Source of the DNA: Lachnospiraceae bacterium
GTDB lineage: Bacteria; Bacillota; Clostridia; Lachnospirales; Lachnospiraceae
NCBI GenBank assembly: GCA_045589155.1
Contig: JAZNGC010000017.1
Coordinates: forward strand, 3,771-67,770
Reading direction: 5' to 3'
Length of the DNA stretch: 64,000 nucleotides
This document shows, in pieces, positions 10,179-20,119 of this stretch (position 1 is the stretch's first letter; each line of letters begins with the position of its first letter). A program made the position numbers and the translations under genes. The notes beneath the pieces were generated by a model. That model saw nothing but the letters and a program-made list of their open reading frames with translations, ran no database searches and was not told where the DNA came from.

Positions 10179-12599
10179 ATGTTAGCACCATTAAGTTGGT
10201 TAAAAGATTATGTAGATATCGATATTACTCCTCAGGAGCTGGAAGAAAAACTTTTCTCCTGTGGATTTGAGGTAGAAGAATTATATGAAGTGGGAAAAGA
10301 TATCAGCAAGGTTGTTGTAGGTCTCGTGCTGGAATGTGAAGCGATTCCTGATACACATTTGCATGTTTGCAAAGTGGATTGTGGCGAGCACGGACAGTTC
10401 CAGATTTGCTGTGGCGCAGATAATGTAGTTGCAGGGGGTAAATTCCCTACAGCACTTGTTGGAGCAACTGTTTATGCAACAGCAAAAGATCATAAGACAG
10501 TAGAAGGCGTTATGACAATCGGCAAGGGTAAACTCAGAGGTTATGAGTCCTTTGGTATGCTTTGTTCCGGCGTGGAACTTGGTGTAAGTGAGGATATGTA
10601 TCCCGGTGCAGGATATAACGGACTTCTTGTATTACCTGCAGATGCTCCTGTGGGTGCAGATGTAAAACCTATTTTGGGTCTTGATGACTGGATTTTTGAC
10701 ATTGCAATTACAGCAAACCGTCCTGACTGCCAGAGCATCGTAGGTATATCCAGAGAAATCGCTGCTGTTCTTGAAAAAGAGTTCAAGGCGCCTGATTTAA
10801 GTTATACCGAAAGTGATGTGACATTGGATGGTTTCAAGGTGACAGTAGATTGTCCCGAACTTTGCCCCAGATATAGCGCACATTATGTTACAGATGTGAA
10901 AATTGCAGAATCTCCCGCTTGGATGAAACGCAGACTTGCCCTTGTCGGAATCGGTGCAATTTCCAATGTGGTTGATATCACAAACTATATTTTAAAAGAA
11001 CTTGGACAGCCCATGCACGCATTTGATTACACTACTTTGGAAGGAAATGCAATCAATGTACGTCGTGCGAAAGAGGGCGAAAAAATCGTTACTCTGGATG
11101 AGACAGAACTTACACTTACAACAGAAAATATGCTTATCTGTGACGGTGTAAAACCCGTTGCACTTGCAGGTGTAATGGGTGGACTTAACTCTGAAATCAG
11201 AGAGACAACAAGCACAGTTTTATTTGAATCTGCTAAGTTTGCACGTGATAACATCCGCAGAACTTCCAGAGCGGTTGGTAAGAGTTCTGACTCCAGTGCC
11301 CGCTATGCAAAAGGTGTTGACGAATATGCTACCGTAATGGCTATGAAGAGAGCCCTTCATTTGATGGAAGAGCTTGGTTGCGGTAAAGTTTCGAAGCTCC
11401 ACGTGGATGTAAATACCGGAAACAGTGTAGAGCCTAAGGCTTTGACCGTAAGTATTGCAAAGGTAAATGCGGTACTTGGTATTACCGTTCCCAATGAGGA
11501 TATTGTCCGTATTATGAAGAATCTTTGCTTTGAGCCTACAATTGACGGAGACAATCTGACCATTCAGATACCTGCTTACCGTGAAGATATGGAAACCTAT
11601 CAGGATGTAGCAGAAGAAGTAATCAGAATGTATGGATACGAGCATATTGTTCCCAGCTTCATGCCCACAGCACAGGTTACTATGGGTGGAGAAAACGTAC
11701 AGCAGAAGACAGAGATGCGTTTGAAGAAGGCTCTTTGCAGTGTTGGTGCACATGAGTGTATCCATTATTCCTTCTTCTCACCTTCCGATTTGGATTTACT
11801 CAGATTGCCGGAGGATGCGCCTGAACGTCACGCAATCCGCATCATGAATCCTATCAGTGAAGAATTGTCTCTGATGAGAACGACACTTGCAGCATCTATG
11901 ATTAATGCAGTAGTACGTAATCAGAAGAAGGGAAATCTGGAAGGAAGATTGTTCGAGATTGCTAAGAAATTTATTCCGAAGGAGCTTCCTTTGGTTGAGT
12001 ATCCTGACGAGCGTCAAACACTCTGCGTTGCACTGTTTGGTGCAAAAGAATCCTTCTTCACAATGAAAGGTATTGCAGAAAAGGTTGCAGAGGTTCTTCA
12101 TGTGGAATTCACTTATGCAAATACTACAAATACTTTCCTGCATCCTTTCCAGACAGCAAGCATCAGCTGCAATGGAGAAGAAATCGGATACTTTGGTAAA
12201 CTGGCATATGATATTGCTGACGAGTGTGACCTTCGTACTCCTATGTATATTATGGAGATTGATTTGGAAGTATTATCCCGGTGGTACGGTAAAAAAGCAA
12301 TGTTCAAGCCTCTGCCTAAGTTCGCTGAGGAACAGCGCGACCTTGCTATCGTGGTAGACAAGAACATCACCTGTGGCGAAATCGAGGAAACCATGAAAGC
12401 GGCATGTAAATACATCACAAGCATTAAGTTGTTTGATATTTATGAAGGAGCACAGATCGGTGAAGATAAGAAGAGTATGGCATTTACAGTACTTTTCACA
12501 CCCAAGGATGAGGCTTTTGGTGCAGAGTCCGTAGATGGATTTGTAAAGAAAATCTTAAAGGAAATGAACAAGAAATTCGGTGCAGAACTGAGAAGTTAA
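10179..12599 (+). CDS. pheT: Phenylalanine--tRNA ligase beta subunit
   Basis: 806 aa, ITANRPDC, VVDITNY, GQPMHAFD, C-terminal RDLA anticodon-binding domain. Confidence 0.97.
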   Translation: MLAPLSWLKDYVDIDITPQELEEKLFSCGFEVEELYEVGKDISKVVVGLVLECEAIPDTHLHVCKVDCGEHGQFQICCGADNVVAGGKFPTALVGATVYATAKDHKTVEGVMTIGKGKLRGYESFGMLCSGVELGVSEDMYPGAGYNGLLVLPADAPVGADVKPILGLDDWIFDIAITANRPDCQSIVGISREIAAVLEKEFKAPDLSYTESDVTLDGFKVTVDCPELCPRYSAHYVTDVKIAESPAWMKRRLALVGIGAISNVVDITNYILKELGQPMHAFDYTTLEGNAINVRRAKEGEKIVTLDETELTLTTENMLICDGVKPVALAGVMGGLNSEIRETTSTVLFESAKFARDNIRRTSRAVGKSSDSSARYAKGVDEYATVMAMKRALHLMEELGCGKVSKLHVDVNTGNSVEPKALTVSIAKVNAVLGITVPNEDIVRIMKNLCFEPTIDGDNLTIQIPAYREDMETYQDVAEEVIRMYGYEHIVPSFMPTAQVTMGGENVQQKTEMRLKKALCSVGAHECIHYSFFSPSDLDLLRLPEDAPERHAIRIMNPISEELSLMRTTLAASMINAVVRNQKKGNLEGRLFEIAKKFIPKELPLVEYPDERQTLCVALFGAKESFFTMKGIAEKVAEVLHVEFTYANTTNTFLHPFQTASISCNGEEIGYFGKLAYDIADECDLRTPMYIMEIDLEVLSRWYGKKAMFKPLPKFAEEQRDLAIVVDKNITCGEIEETMKAACKYITSIKLFDIYEGAQIGEDKKSMAFTVLFTPKDEAFGAESVDGFVKKILKEMNKKFGAELRS

Positions 12600-12651
12600 A
12601 AGGTGTCTTGAGACGCGTCTTAGACAGTAATAATGTGTTGAAAAACACGGG

Positions 12652-12694
12652 AAAATGGGGTATGATATTCATATTGGGTATCATACCTTATTTT
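12652..12694 (+). terminator. 20-bp hairpin after pheT (probable terminator) overlapping the next promoter
   Basis: AAAATGGGGTATGATATTCA-tat-TGGGTATCATACCTTATTTT; TTGAAA-17-TATGAT at 12638-12666. Confidence 0.55.
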
Positions 12695-12730
12695 ATTGAT
12701 TTTATGAGAAACAGAAAGAGAGAAAAGGTA

Positions 12731-14143
12731 ATGGAAAGAAAGAACACATGGGAAACTTATGATGAAAAACAGTTAAAGGAATTAGAAAAACTTTGCAAAG
12801 AATATATGGAGTTTCTGGATAATGGTAAGACAGAAAGAGAGTGCATTGACACAATCGTAAATACCATTGAGAAAGCCGGATATGTAGAACTGAACAAAGC
12901 CATTGCAGAAGGTAAAAAACTGAAAAAGGGTGATAAAGTATATTCTGTATGGATGAACAAATCCATTGCCATGTACCAGATTGGTTCTAAGAAAATGGTA
13001 GATGGAATGAATATTTTAGGGGCGCATATTGATTCTCCCAGATTGGATGTAAAGCAGAATCCTTTATATGAGGATACAGGATTTGCTTACCTTGATACAC
13101 ATTATTATGGTGGTGTTAAGAAATATCAGTGGGTAGCACTTCCTCTTGCGCTTCATGGTGTTGTAGTAAAGAAAGACGGAACAACTGTAGAAGTTAATGT
13201 GGGTGAAGCAGAAGATGATCCTGTATTCTTTATCTCTGATTTGTTGATTCATCTTGCAGGTGAGCAGCTTGAGAAAAAGGCCGCAAAGGTTATCGAGGGC
13301 GAGGCGCTTGACCTGATTGTTGGTAACAAACCCATTATCATCAAAGAAGATGGGGAAGGTAAAAAAGAAAAGGTAAAGGATGCGGTTAAGACAGGCGTTC
13401 TGAATATTCTGAAAGAAACTTATGACATTGAAGAGGATGACTTCCTTTCCGCAGAACTTGAGGTAGTCCCTGCAGGTAAAGCAAGAGAGGCCGGCTTTGA
13501 CAGAAGTATGGTTTTGGGCTATGGACAGGATGACAGAGTATGTGCGTTTACATCTCTGAAAGCAATGCTCGATACAAAGAAAACAGATCGTACTATGTGC
13601 TGTATTTTGGTAGATAAAGAGGAAATCGGTTCTGTAGGTGCAACCGGTATGCAGTCTAAATTTTTTGAGAATTCAGTGGCTGAGCTGATGAATCTCCTTG
13701 GTGAATACAGTGAACTTAATGTGAGAAGATGCCTGGCGAATTCCTGTATGCTTTCCTCTGATGTAAGCGCAGGTTTTGACCCTTCCTATGCTTCCTGTTT
13801 TGAAAAGAAGAATGCAGCCATTCTCGGCGGAGGTATGGTATTTAACAAATTTACGGGTGCAAGAGGTAAATCCGGTTCCAATGATGCTAATGCAGAATAT
13901 ATGGCACACATCCGTGGTATTTTTGCAGAGAAAGGAATTAATTTCCAGACTGCAGAACTTGGTAAAGTAGATGTTGGCGGTGGCGGAACTATTGCTTATA
14001 TTCTTGCTCTTTATGGTATGAATGTAATTGATAGCGGTGTCGCAGTGCTGAACATGCACGCACCCTGGGAAGCAACCAATAAGGCGGATATTTACGAGAC
14101 ATACAGAGGTTATAAAGCATTCGTTGAAGGGGCTTGTCTGTAA
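12731..14143 (+). CDS. apeA: M18 family aminopeptidase
   Basis: AHIDSPR, DDR, DKEEIGS, SSDV, NMHAP metal ligands; start moved to ATG 12731. Confidence 0.85.
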   Translation: MERKNTWETYDEKQLKELEKLCKEYMEFLDNGKTERECIDTIVNTIEKAGYVELNKAIAEGKKLKKGDKVYSVWMNKSIAMYQIGSKKMVDGMNILGAHIDSPRLDVKQNPLYEDTGFAYLDTHYYGGVKKYQWVALPLALHGVVVKKDGTTVEVNVGEAEDDPVFFISDLLIHLAGEQLEKKAAKVIEGEALDLIVGNKPIIIKEDGEGKKEKVKDAVKTGVLNILKETYDIEEDDFLSAELEVVPAGKAREAGFDRSMVLGYGQDDRVCAFTSLKAMLDTKKTDRTMCCILVDKEEIGSVGATGMQSKFFENSVAELMNLLGEYSELNVRRCLANSCMLSSDVSAGFDPSYASCFEKKNAAILGGGMVFNKFTGARGKSGSNDANAEYMAHIRGIFAEKGINFQTAELGKVDVGGGGTIAYILALYGMNVIDSGVAVLNMHAPWEATNKADIYETYRGYKAFVEGACL

Positions 14144-15174
14144 TGGAATTAAAAACATCAGATTTTTATTTTGATCTTCCGGAGGAACTGATTGCCCAGG
14201 ATCCTCTGGAGGACCGGTCATCTTCCCGCCTGCTTACTTTGAGCAAAGAGAGCGGTGCGGTGGAGCATCATATATTCAGAGAGATTATAGACTATTTAAA
14301 TCCGGGAGATTGTCTGGTACTCAACAACACAAAGGTGATTCCGGCAAGACTCCTTGGACAAAAAGCTGATACCGGAGCGGGTGTGGAGGTTTTGCTCTTA
14401 AAGCGTCACGAAGGGGACTTATGGGAAACATTGGTTAAACCAGGAAAGAAGTGCAGACCGGGAGCGCGCCTTACCTTTGGAGATGGACTTCTGAATGCAG
14501 AGGTTATTGATACCATGGAGGAAGGAAACCGTTTAATCCGTTTCGAATACGAAGGAATATGGGAGGAAGTGCTGGACAGACTTGGCGAAATGCCCCTGCC
14601 GCCATATATTACCCATAAGCTTCAGGATAAAAACCGTTATCAGACGGTTTATGCAAAATATGAAGGCAGTGCGGCAGCTCCTACAGCAGGCCTTCACTTT
14701 ACACCACAGCTTCTGAAAGCCATTGAAGAAAAGGGTGTGGATATTGCCTATGTGACGCTTCATGTGGGTCTTGGAACTTTCCGGCCGGTAAAGGTGGATA
14801 ATATTTTGGAACATCATATGCATTCCGAGTATTATCAGGTGAGCGCTGAGGCCGCAGAGAAGATTAACCGTGCAAAGGACAATGGTAAGCGTGTTATCTG
14901 TGTGGGGACTACCAGTTGCAGAACGATAGAAAGTGCTGCAGATGAAAATGGCAGATTGCAGGAGTGCTGCGATAATACAGAGATATTTATATATCCGGGG
15001 TATGAGTTTAAAGTTCTGGATGCATTAATCACCAATTTTCATTTGCCGGAGTCTACATTGGTTATGTTGGTGTCTGCCCTTGCAGGAAGAGAAAACGTGC
15101 TTGCTGCTTATGAGGAAGCAGTAAAAGAAAGGTATCGTTTTTTCTCCTTTGGTGATGCAATGTTTATTTCTTAA
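14143..15174 (+). CDS. queA: S-adenosylmethionine:tRNA ribosyltransferase-isomerase
   Basis: [42 protein letters not shown]; TAATG overlap with upstream stop. Confidence 0.97.
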   Translation: MELKTSDFYFDLPEELIAQDPLEDRSSSRLLTLSKESGAVEHHIFREIIDYLNPGDCLVLNNTKVIPARLLGQKADTGAGVEVLLLKRHEGDLWETLVKPGKKCRPGARLTFGDGLLNAEVIDTMEEGNRLIRFEYEGIWEEVLDRLGEMPLPPYITHKLQDKNRYQTVYAKYEGSAAAPTAGLHFTPQLLKAIEEKGVDIAYVTLHVGLGTFRPVKVDNILEHHMHSEYYQVSAEAAEKINRAKDNGKRVICVGTTSCRTIESAADENGRLQECCDNTEIFIYPGYEFKVLDALITNFHLPESTLVMLVSALAGRENVLAAYEEAVKERYRFFSFGDAMFIS

Positions 15175-15213
15175 AGCATAAAAAAGATTAAAATGTATGA
15201 AAGGATGAGGGTT

Positions 15214-15549
15214 ATGGAAGAGAGAAGAAGAACAAAACGTACAGAATTACAATCCACTTTGGTTTTAAAACGTTTGGATCAGCAGGCAACAGATGAAGTG
15301 GCAATTGACATTGTTGATGTGTCAAAAAATGGTGTGGGATTTAATTGTAAAGCCGTTCTGACCATTGGTGCAGTATATGAAGGATATCTGACTATCTGGA
15401 CGAAAGAAGTACTTCATGCATTTATGGAAATTGTCCGTATTGAGAAGGTTGCAGATGGATTCAGTTATGGTGCGATGTTTGTGGGTATGCCGGAAATGGA
15501 TTCTGCAAGAATTGAAGTATATCAGACCGTGGAAGAGCATTTGGAATGA
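15214..15549 (+). CDS. Stand-alone PilZ domain protein (c-di-GMP receptor)
   Basis: RRTKR (RxxxR) and DVSKNG (DxSxxG); alternative start 15193. Confidence 0.8.
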   Translation: MEERRRTKRTELQSTLVLKRLDQQATDEVAIDIVDVSKNGVGFNCKAVLTIGAVYEGYLTIWTKEVLHAFMEIVRIEKVADGFSYGAMFVGMPEMDSARIEVYQTVEEHLE

Positions 15550-16052
15550 GTAAAACCGGAAAAATGATATATACAGTGTTGGCGGGAGGACTCCTTCTGA
15601 CACTGTATTGCATTATTTTCTGCTTTTCAGCCCAGGATGCCGAAACTTCAGGTGGAATCAGTCTTAAGGTATCCCATATGGGGGTGAATTTCTGGAATGA
15701 TTTGATGAAACGCGGCTGGGATAAGCAGATGTTGTTTCAATTGGCAACATATTTTGAGCACCCTATCCGAAAGTTTGCACATTTTTCGGAATATGCCTTA
15801 ATGGGTTTTTTACAATATAGCATTTTACGGTGCCATTTGGAAAAAAGAAAAGTCATTTATATTTTTACCGTTATATGGGTGGCAGTATCCGCTGCTGCGG
15901 ATGAAATACATCAACTGTTTGTTCCCGGAAGATGGGGAAGTGTTTCCGATGTGTTTTTAGATATTTGCGGTGGAATATTTGGCATATTAATGTGTATACT
16001 AGCAATTAATATTATGAAAAAAATAAAGAAAAACAGAGCAAAACGCACCTGA
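15546..16052 (+). CDS. VanZ family membrane protein
   Basis: IRKFAHFSEY, DEIHQLFVPGR, DVFLD motifs. Confidence 0.88.
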   Translation: MSKTGKMIYTVLAGGLLLTLYCIIFCFSAQDAETSGGISLKVSHMGVNFWNDLMKRGWDKQMLFQLATYFEHPIRKFAHFSEYALMGFLQYSILRCHLEKRKVIYIFTVIWVAVSAAADEIHQLFVPGRWGSVSDVFLDICGGIFGILMCILAINIMKKIKKNRAKRT

Positions 16053-16067
16053 AAAAGGTGCGTTTTG
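16039..16067 (+). terminator. Hairpin at the end of the VanZ gene
   Basis: CAAAACGCACCT-gaaaa-AGGTGCGTTTTG. Confidence 0.65.
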
Positions 16068-16129
16068 TGCACTTCGAAATCAGAGACAGACTTGGTATGA
16101 TATAACAAATAAATTCGTTTGGAGTTTGT

Positions 16130-16621
16130 ATGTTAAGGAATACGGAAGATATAAATTTCTTTGAAAAAATATATTACAAAACCTGTTATGATGTACGGAG
16201 ATTTTTACGGAGCAGATGTGACGGTTACCAGGATATAGAAGATGTCATGCAAGAAACTTATTATGAAATATTAACGCATCTGGATAGGGTAAAAGATTCT
16301 AACAATCCGGAAGGGTATGTTATGAATGTGGCAAAGTACAAATACTTGAAATACAGGACAGAACAGAGAAAAAGGGAAAGAAACGCAGAACAGGAAAACG
16401 TATATCATGAACCGGTATTTGAAGATAGTTCCTTCGAAACAATAGAAGTGTGGGATTATGTAAGAAGAACCTTAAGATATAATGATTACTTGATTGTCAG
16501 ACTGCGTTATGACAATAGGGACAGTATCAAATTAATAGCAGAAAAATTAAATATGACGGAAGCAGCATGCAAAATGCGATTAAAAAGGAGTTTGCAGAAA
16601 CTGCAAAAAAGGCAGAGATAA
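16130..16621 (+). CDS. ECF RNA polymerase sigma-70 factor (orphan)
   Basis: 163 aa, EDVMQETY, IAEKLNMTEAACKMRLKRS HTH. Confidence 0.85.
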   Translation: MLRNTEDINFFEKIYYKTCYDVRRFLRSRCDGYQDIEDVMQETYYEILTHLDRVKDSNNPEGYVMNVAKYKYLKYRTEQRKRERNAEQENVYHEPVFEDSSFETIEVWDYVRRTLRYNDYLIVRLRYDNRDSIKLIAEKLNMTEAACKMRLKRSLQKLQKRQR

Positions 16622-16687
16622 ACTGTCAACTGGCAATTCTTAAGAAAAACGAAAGATATTTTTGTTCAATATTACGGGTGGTGTACA

Positions 16688-16772
16688 TTGACTTTTTGTC
16701 CGATAATACTTATACTGATAAATGCCACTATATGTTGGTTTTGAAAAGCAAACAAAACACAATATTTGGTGT
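16688..16772 (+). promoter_or_regulatory. sigmaA promoter plus tandem NrdR boxes
   Basis: TTGACT-17-TATACT; CCACTATATGTTGGTT (16725-16740) and ACACAATATTTGGTGT (16757-16772), 32 nt apart, upstream of nrdD. Confidence 0.85.
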
Positions 16773-16803
16773 TTACATATAAGAGGATATAGGAGGGAAT
16801 AAA

Positions 16804-18990
16804 ATGGGTAACAACATGGAAAATACAGTTGATACAGTGGATTATGGCACTGAGTACTGCACGAAACGTAATGTTAAAGTCATCAAAAAAGATGGCAGCA
16901 AAGAAAAGTTTAATGTTCAAAAAGTAGTGAATGCGGTTGGTAAGAGTGCATACAGAGCATTGACCAAATTTACGGAAGATGAAAAACGCAGTATTTGCCA
17001 ATATGTTGTAGATAAAGTTGATGAATTGGATCAGGATGAGATTCCGATTCCTATTATGCATAACATTGTAGAGAGTGCTTTGGAACAGGTAAAACCGATT
17101 GTGGCAAAGAGCTATAGGGATTACCGTAACTATAAGCAGGATTTTGTACGTATGCTGGATGATGTTTATAAAAAGAGCCAGTCCATTATGTACATTGGTG
17201 ATAAAGAAAATGCAAATACAGACTCTGCATTGGTTTCTACAAAGAGAAGCCTTATTTTCAATCAGTTGAATAAGGAATTGTATCAGAAATTCTTTATGAC
17301 AACAGAAGAAATCCAGGCATGCCGAGACGGGTATATTTATGTACACGATATGTCTGCCCGCCGGGACACCATGAACTGTTGTCTGTTTGATGTACAGAAC
17401 GTGCTTACGGGCGGATTTGAGATGGGTAACATTTGGTATAATGAGCCCAAGAGCCTGGATGTAGCTTTTGACGTTATCGGAGATATCGTTTTGAGTGCGG
17501 CAAGTCAACAGTATGGTGGATTTACCGTGCCTAGTGTAGATTTGATTTTAGAGCCTTATGCGGAGAAATCCTATAAGAGAAATGTAGAGAAATATCTCCG
17601 TATGGGTATCGATAAAGATACTGCGGAAGCAGAAGCGTATGGTGATGTTGTAAGAGAATTTGAACAGGGCTTCCAGGGTTGGGAGTATAAGTTCAATACA
17701 GTTGCAAGTAGCCGTGGTGACTATCCTTTCATTACTGTAACAGCAGGTACCGGTACCGGAAAATTTGCAAAACTGGCTACCATTTCCATGCTGAATGTGA
17801 GAAGAAGAGGCCAAGGTAAAAAGGAATGCAAAAAACCTGTTCTGTTCCCTAAGATTGTATTTTTATATGATGAAAACCTCCATGGACCGGGCAAGCCTTT
17901 AGAGGATGTATTTGAAGCAGGTGTAAAATGTTCTGCAAAGACTATGTATCCTGATTGGTTGTCACTTACAGGAAAAGGTTATGTGGCAAGTATGTACAAG
18001 CAGTACGGAAAGATTATTTCCCCTATGGGTTGCAGAGCATTCCTGTCACCTTGGTATGAGAGAGGTGGTATGCATCCTGCAGATGATAAAGATGTGCCTG
18101 TATTTGTAGGCCGTTTTAACATTGGTGCAGTTTCCCTCCATCTTCCTATGATTTTGGCAAAAGCAAGACAGGAAAGTAAAGATTTCTATGAAGTATTGGA
18201 TTACTATTTGAATTTAATCCGTCAGTTGCATATCCGTACCTATGCATACTTGGGTGAAATGCGTGCGTCAACAAACCCGCTTGCGTATTGCGAAGGTGGT
18301 TTCCTTGGCGGTAATTTGAAATTGACAGATAAGATTAAACCACTTCTGAAAGCGGCAACAGCAAGCTTTGGCATTACGGCGCTTAATGAGCTTCAGGAGC
18401 TCTATAACGGTAAATCTCTGGTGGAAGACGGACAGTTTGCAGTAGAAGTTATGGAGCACATCAACCAAAAGGTGGCTGAGTTTAAAGAAGAGGATGGCAA
18501 TTTGTATGCGATTTACGGAACACCGGCAGAAAATCTTTGTGGACTTCAGGTGAAACAGTTCCGTAATAAATATGGTATTATTGAGGGCGTTTCCGACAGG
18601 GAATACGTTTCAAACTCTTTCCATTGTCATGTGTCTGAGGATATTACACCTATTCAGAAACAAAATTTGGAAGACCGTTTCTGGGATTTGTCCAATGGCG
18701 GTAAAATCCAGTATGTAAAATATCCCGTAGATTATAATCTGGAAGCTGTAAAAACCCTGATTCACAGAGCAATGGATATGGGCTTTTATGAGGGAGTGAA
18801 TCTGTCCTTGGCTTACTGTGACGATTGTGGTCACCAGGAGCTTGAAATGGATGAGTGCCCTAAGTGCGGAAGCCGTAATCTGACGAAAATAGACAGAATG
18901 AATGGCTATCTGTCTTATTCCCGTGTGCATGGTGACACACGCTTGAATGAGGCGAAAATGGCAGAAATTGCAGAAAGGAAGAGCATGTAG
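16804..18990 (+). CDS. nrdD: Anaerobic (class III) ribonucleoside-triphosphate reductase
   Basis: N-terminal ATP cone, TPAENL, CDDC..CPKC Zn site, RMNGYL glycyl-radical motif. Confidence 0.97.
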   Translation: MGNNMENTVDTVDYGTEYCTKRNVKVIKKDGSKEKFNVQKVVNAVGKSAYRALTKFTEDEKRSICQYVVDKVDELDQDEIPIPIMHNIVESALEQVKPIVAKSYRDYRNYKQDFVRMLDDVYKKSQSIMYIGDKENANTDSALVSTKRSLIFNQLNKELYQKFFMTTEEIQACRDGYIYVHDMSARRDTMNCCLFDVQNVLTGGFEMGNIWYNEPKSLDVAFDVIGDIVLSAASQQYGGFTVPSVDLILEPYAEKSYKRNVEKYLRMGIDKDTAEAEAYGDVVREFEQGFQGWEYKFNTVASSRGDYPFITVTAGTGTGKFAKLATISMLNVRRRGQGKKECKKPVLFPKIVFLYDENLHGPGKPLEDVFEAGVKCSAKTMYPDWLSLTGKGYVASMYKQYGKIISPMGCRAFLSPWYERGGMHPADDKDVPVFVGRFNIGAVSLHLPMILAKARQESKDFYEVLDYYLNLIRQLHIRTYAYLGEMRASTNPLAYCEGGFLGGNLKLTDKIKPLLKAATASFGITALNELQELYNGKSLVEDGQFAVEVMEHINQKVAEFKEEDGNLYAIYGTPAENLCGLQVKQFRNKYGIIEGVSDREYVSNSFHCHVSEDITPIQKQNLEDRFWDLSNGGKIQYVKYPVDYNLEAVKTLIHRAMDMGFYEGVNLSLAYCDDCGHQELEMDECPKCGSRNLTKIDRMNGYLSYSRVHGDTRLNEAKMAEIAERKSM

Positions 18991-18992
18991 TA

Positions 18993-19511
18993 ATGAGATA
19001 TCATAATATCACAAAAGATGATATGTTGAACGGAGATGGCCTTCGTGTAGTGCTTTGGGTGGCCGGATGTACTCATTGCTGCAAAGGATGTCAGAATCCC
19101 GTTACTTGGGATCCTGACGGTGGACTTCCTTTTGATGAAGCTGCAAAGCAGGAAATATTTGAGCAATTAGACCAAAGTTATATTTCCGGCATCACCTTTT
19201 CCGGTGGTGACCCGCTTCATCCGGCAAACCGTTTGGATGTCAGAAATTTTATGGCTGAGATTAAAGCAAAATATCCGGATAAGACCATTTGGCTTTATAC
19301 AGGAGACAGTTGGGAAAATATATTATACTATCCCCTTATGCAATATGTAGATGTTGTGGTAGATGGTGAATTCCGCATAGATGAACTGGATACCAAGCTT
19401 TTGTGGAAGGGAAGCAAAAACCAGAGAGTTATTGATGTAAAGGCAACCCTGCGACCTGAAAATACAGATCCCACTGTACCGGTACTACACGTTCGTGATT
19501 ATGGGAAATAA
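18993..19511 (+). CDS. nrdG: Anaerobic RNR activating radical-SAM protein
   Basis: NGDGLR, CTHCCKGC, SGGDPL, GSKNQR. Confidence 0.96.
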   Translation: MRYHNITKDDMLNGDGLRVVLWVAGCTHCCKGCQNPVTWDPDGGLPFDEAAKQEIFEQLDQSYISGITFSGGDPLHPANRLDVRNFMAEIKAKYPDKTIWLYTGDSWENILYYPLMQYVDVVVDGEFRIDELDTKLLWKGSKNQRVIDVKATLRPENTDPTVPVLHVRDYGK

Positions 19512-19530
19512 GTGAGTTGGAGAACAGATT

Positions 19531-20046
19531 ATGCAGAAAGTAGCACAGTTTTTTAAAGTAAGTCCTGAAAATTTCATGCAGGCAATGAAAGATGATTTTC
19601 CCCAATATACAGAGGCGGATATCAAGGATATTTATGAATCCTTGGAATTACCCAAAAGAGCTACCAAGGGCAGTGCAGGCTATGATTTTTATGCTCCCTT
19701 TGCGTTCTCACTGCCTCCCGGAACAACAATCAAGATTCCTACCGGCATTCGTGTGAAAATGGATGAGGACTGGGTGCTTCAGTTGTTCCCCAGAAGTGGT
19801 CTTGGCTTTAAGTTCCGTTTGCAATTAAATAATACGGTAGGTATTATTGACAGCGATTATTATTACTCCGATAATGAAGGACATATTTTCGCAAAAATCA
19901 CTAACGATTCCAACGAGGGAAAAGTGTTGGAAGTATCCGCAGGCTCCGGATTTATGCAGGGAATCTTCCTGCAGTACGGTATAACCGTTGATGACGCGGC
20001 AGATGGTATCCGCAACGGTGGATTTGGCAGTACTACAAATAAATAA
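19531..20046 (+). CDS. dut: dUTP diphosphatase
   Basis: SAGYD, PRSGLG, GIIDSDY, RNGGFGST. Confidence 0.93.
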   Translation: MQKVAQFFKVSPENFMQAMKDDFPQYTEADIKDIYESLELPKRATKGSAGYDFYAPFAFSLPPGTTIKIPTGIRVKMDEDWVLQLFPRSGLGFKFRLQLNNTVGIIDSDYYYSDNEGHIFAKITNDSNEGKVLEVSAGSGFMQGIFLQYGITVDDAADGIRNGGFGSTTNK

Positions 20047-20055
20047 GTATAAATT

Positions 20056-20119
20056 ACTCCTTTTCAGAGAAACTACAAGTAGAAATATTTGTAAATACCT
20101 GAAAAGGAGTTTTTATTTT
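20056..20119 (+). terminator. Two-stem hairpin/terminator after dut that also covers the spoVAF RBS
   Basis: ACTCCTTTTCAG (20056-67) pairs with CTGAAAAGGAGT (20099-110); inner TACAAGTA-GAAA-TATTTGTA stem; T-rich tail. Confidence 0.65.

Noticed and set aside
12608-12730. N-terminal extensions in the ORF track (also at 6884, 19988, 23305, 25868, 29011, 41547, 43212, 44438, 49373, 55677)
   Set aside because: They run through terminators, promoters or neighbouring genes; downstream ATGs fit the RBS or the family N-terminus better
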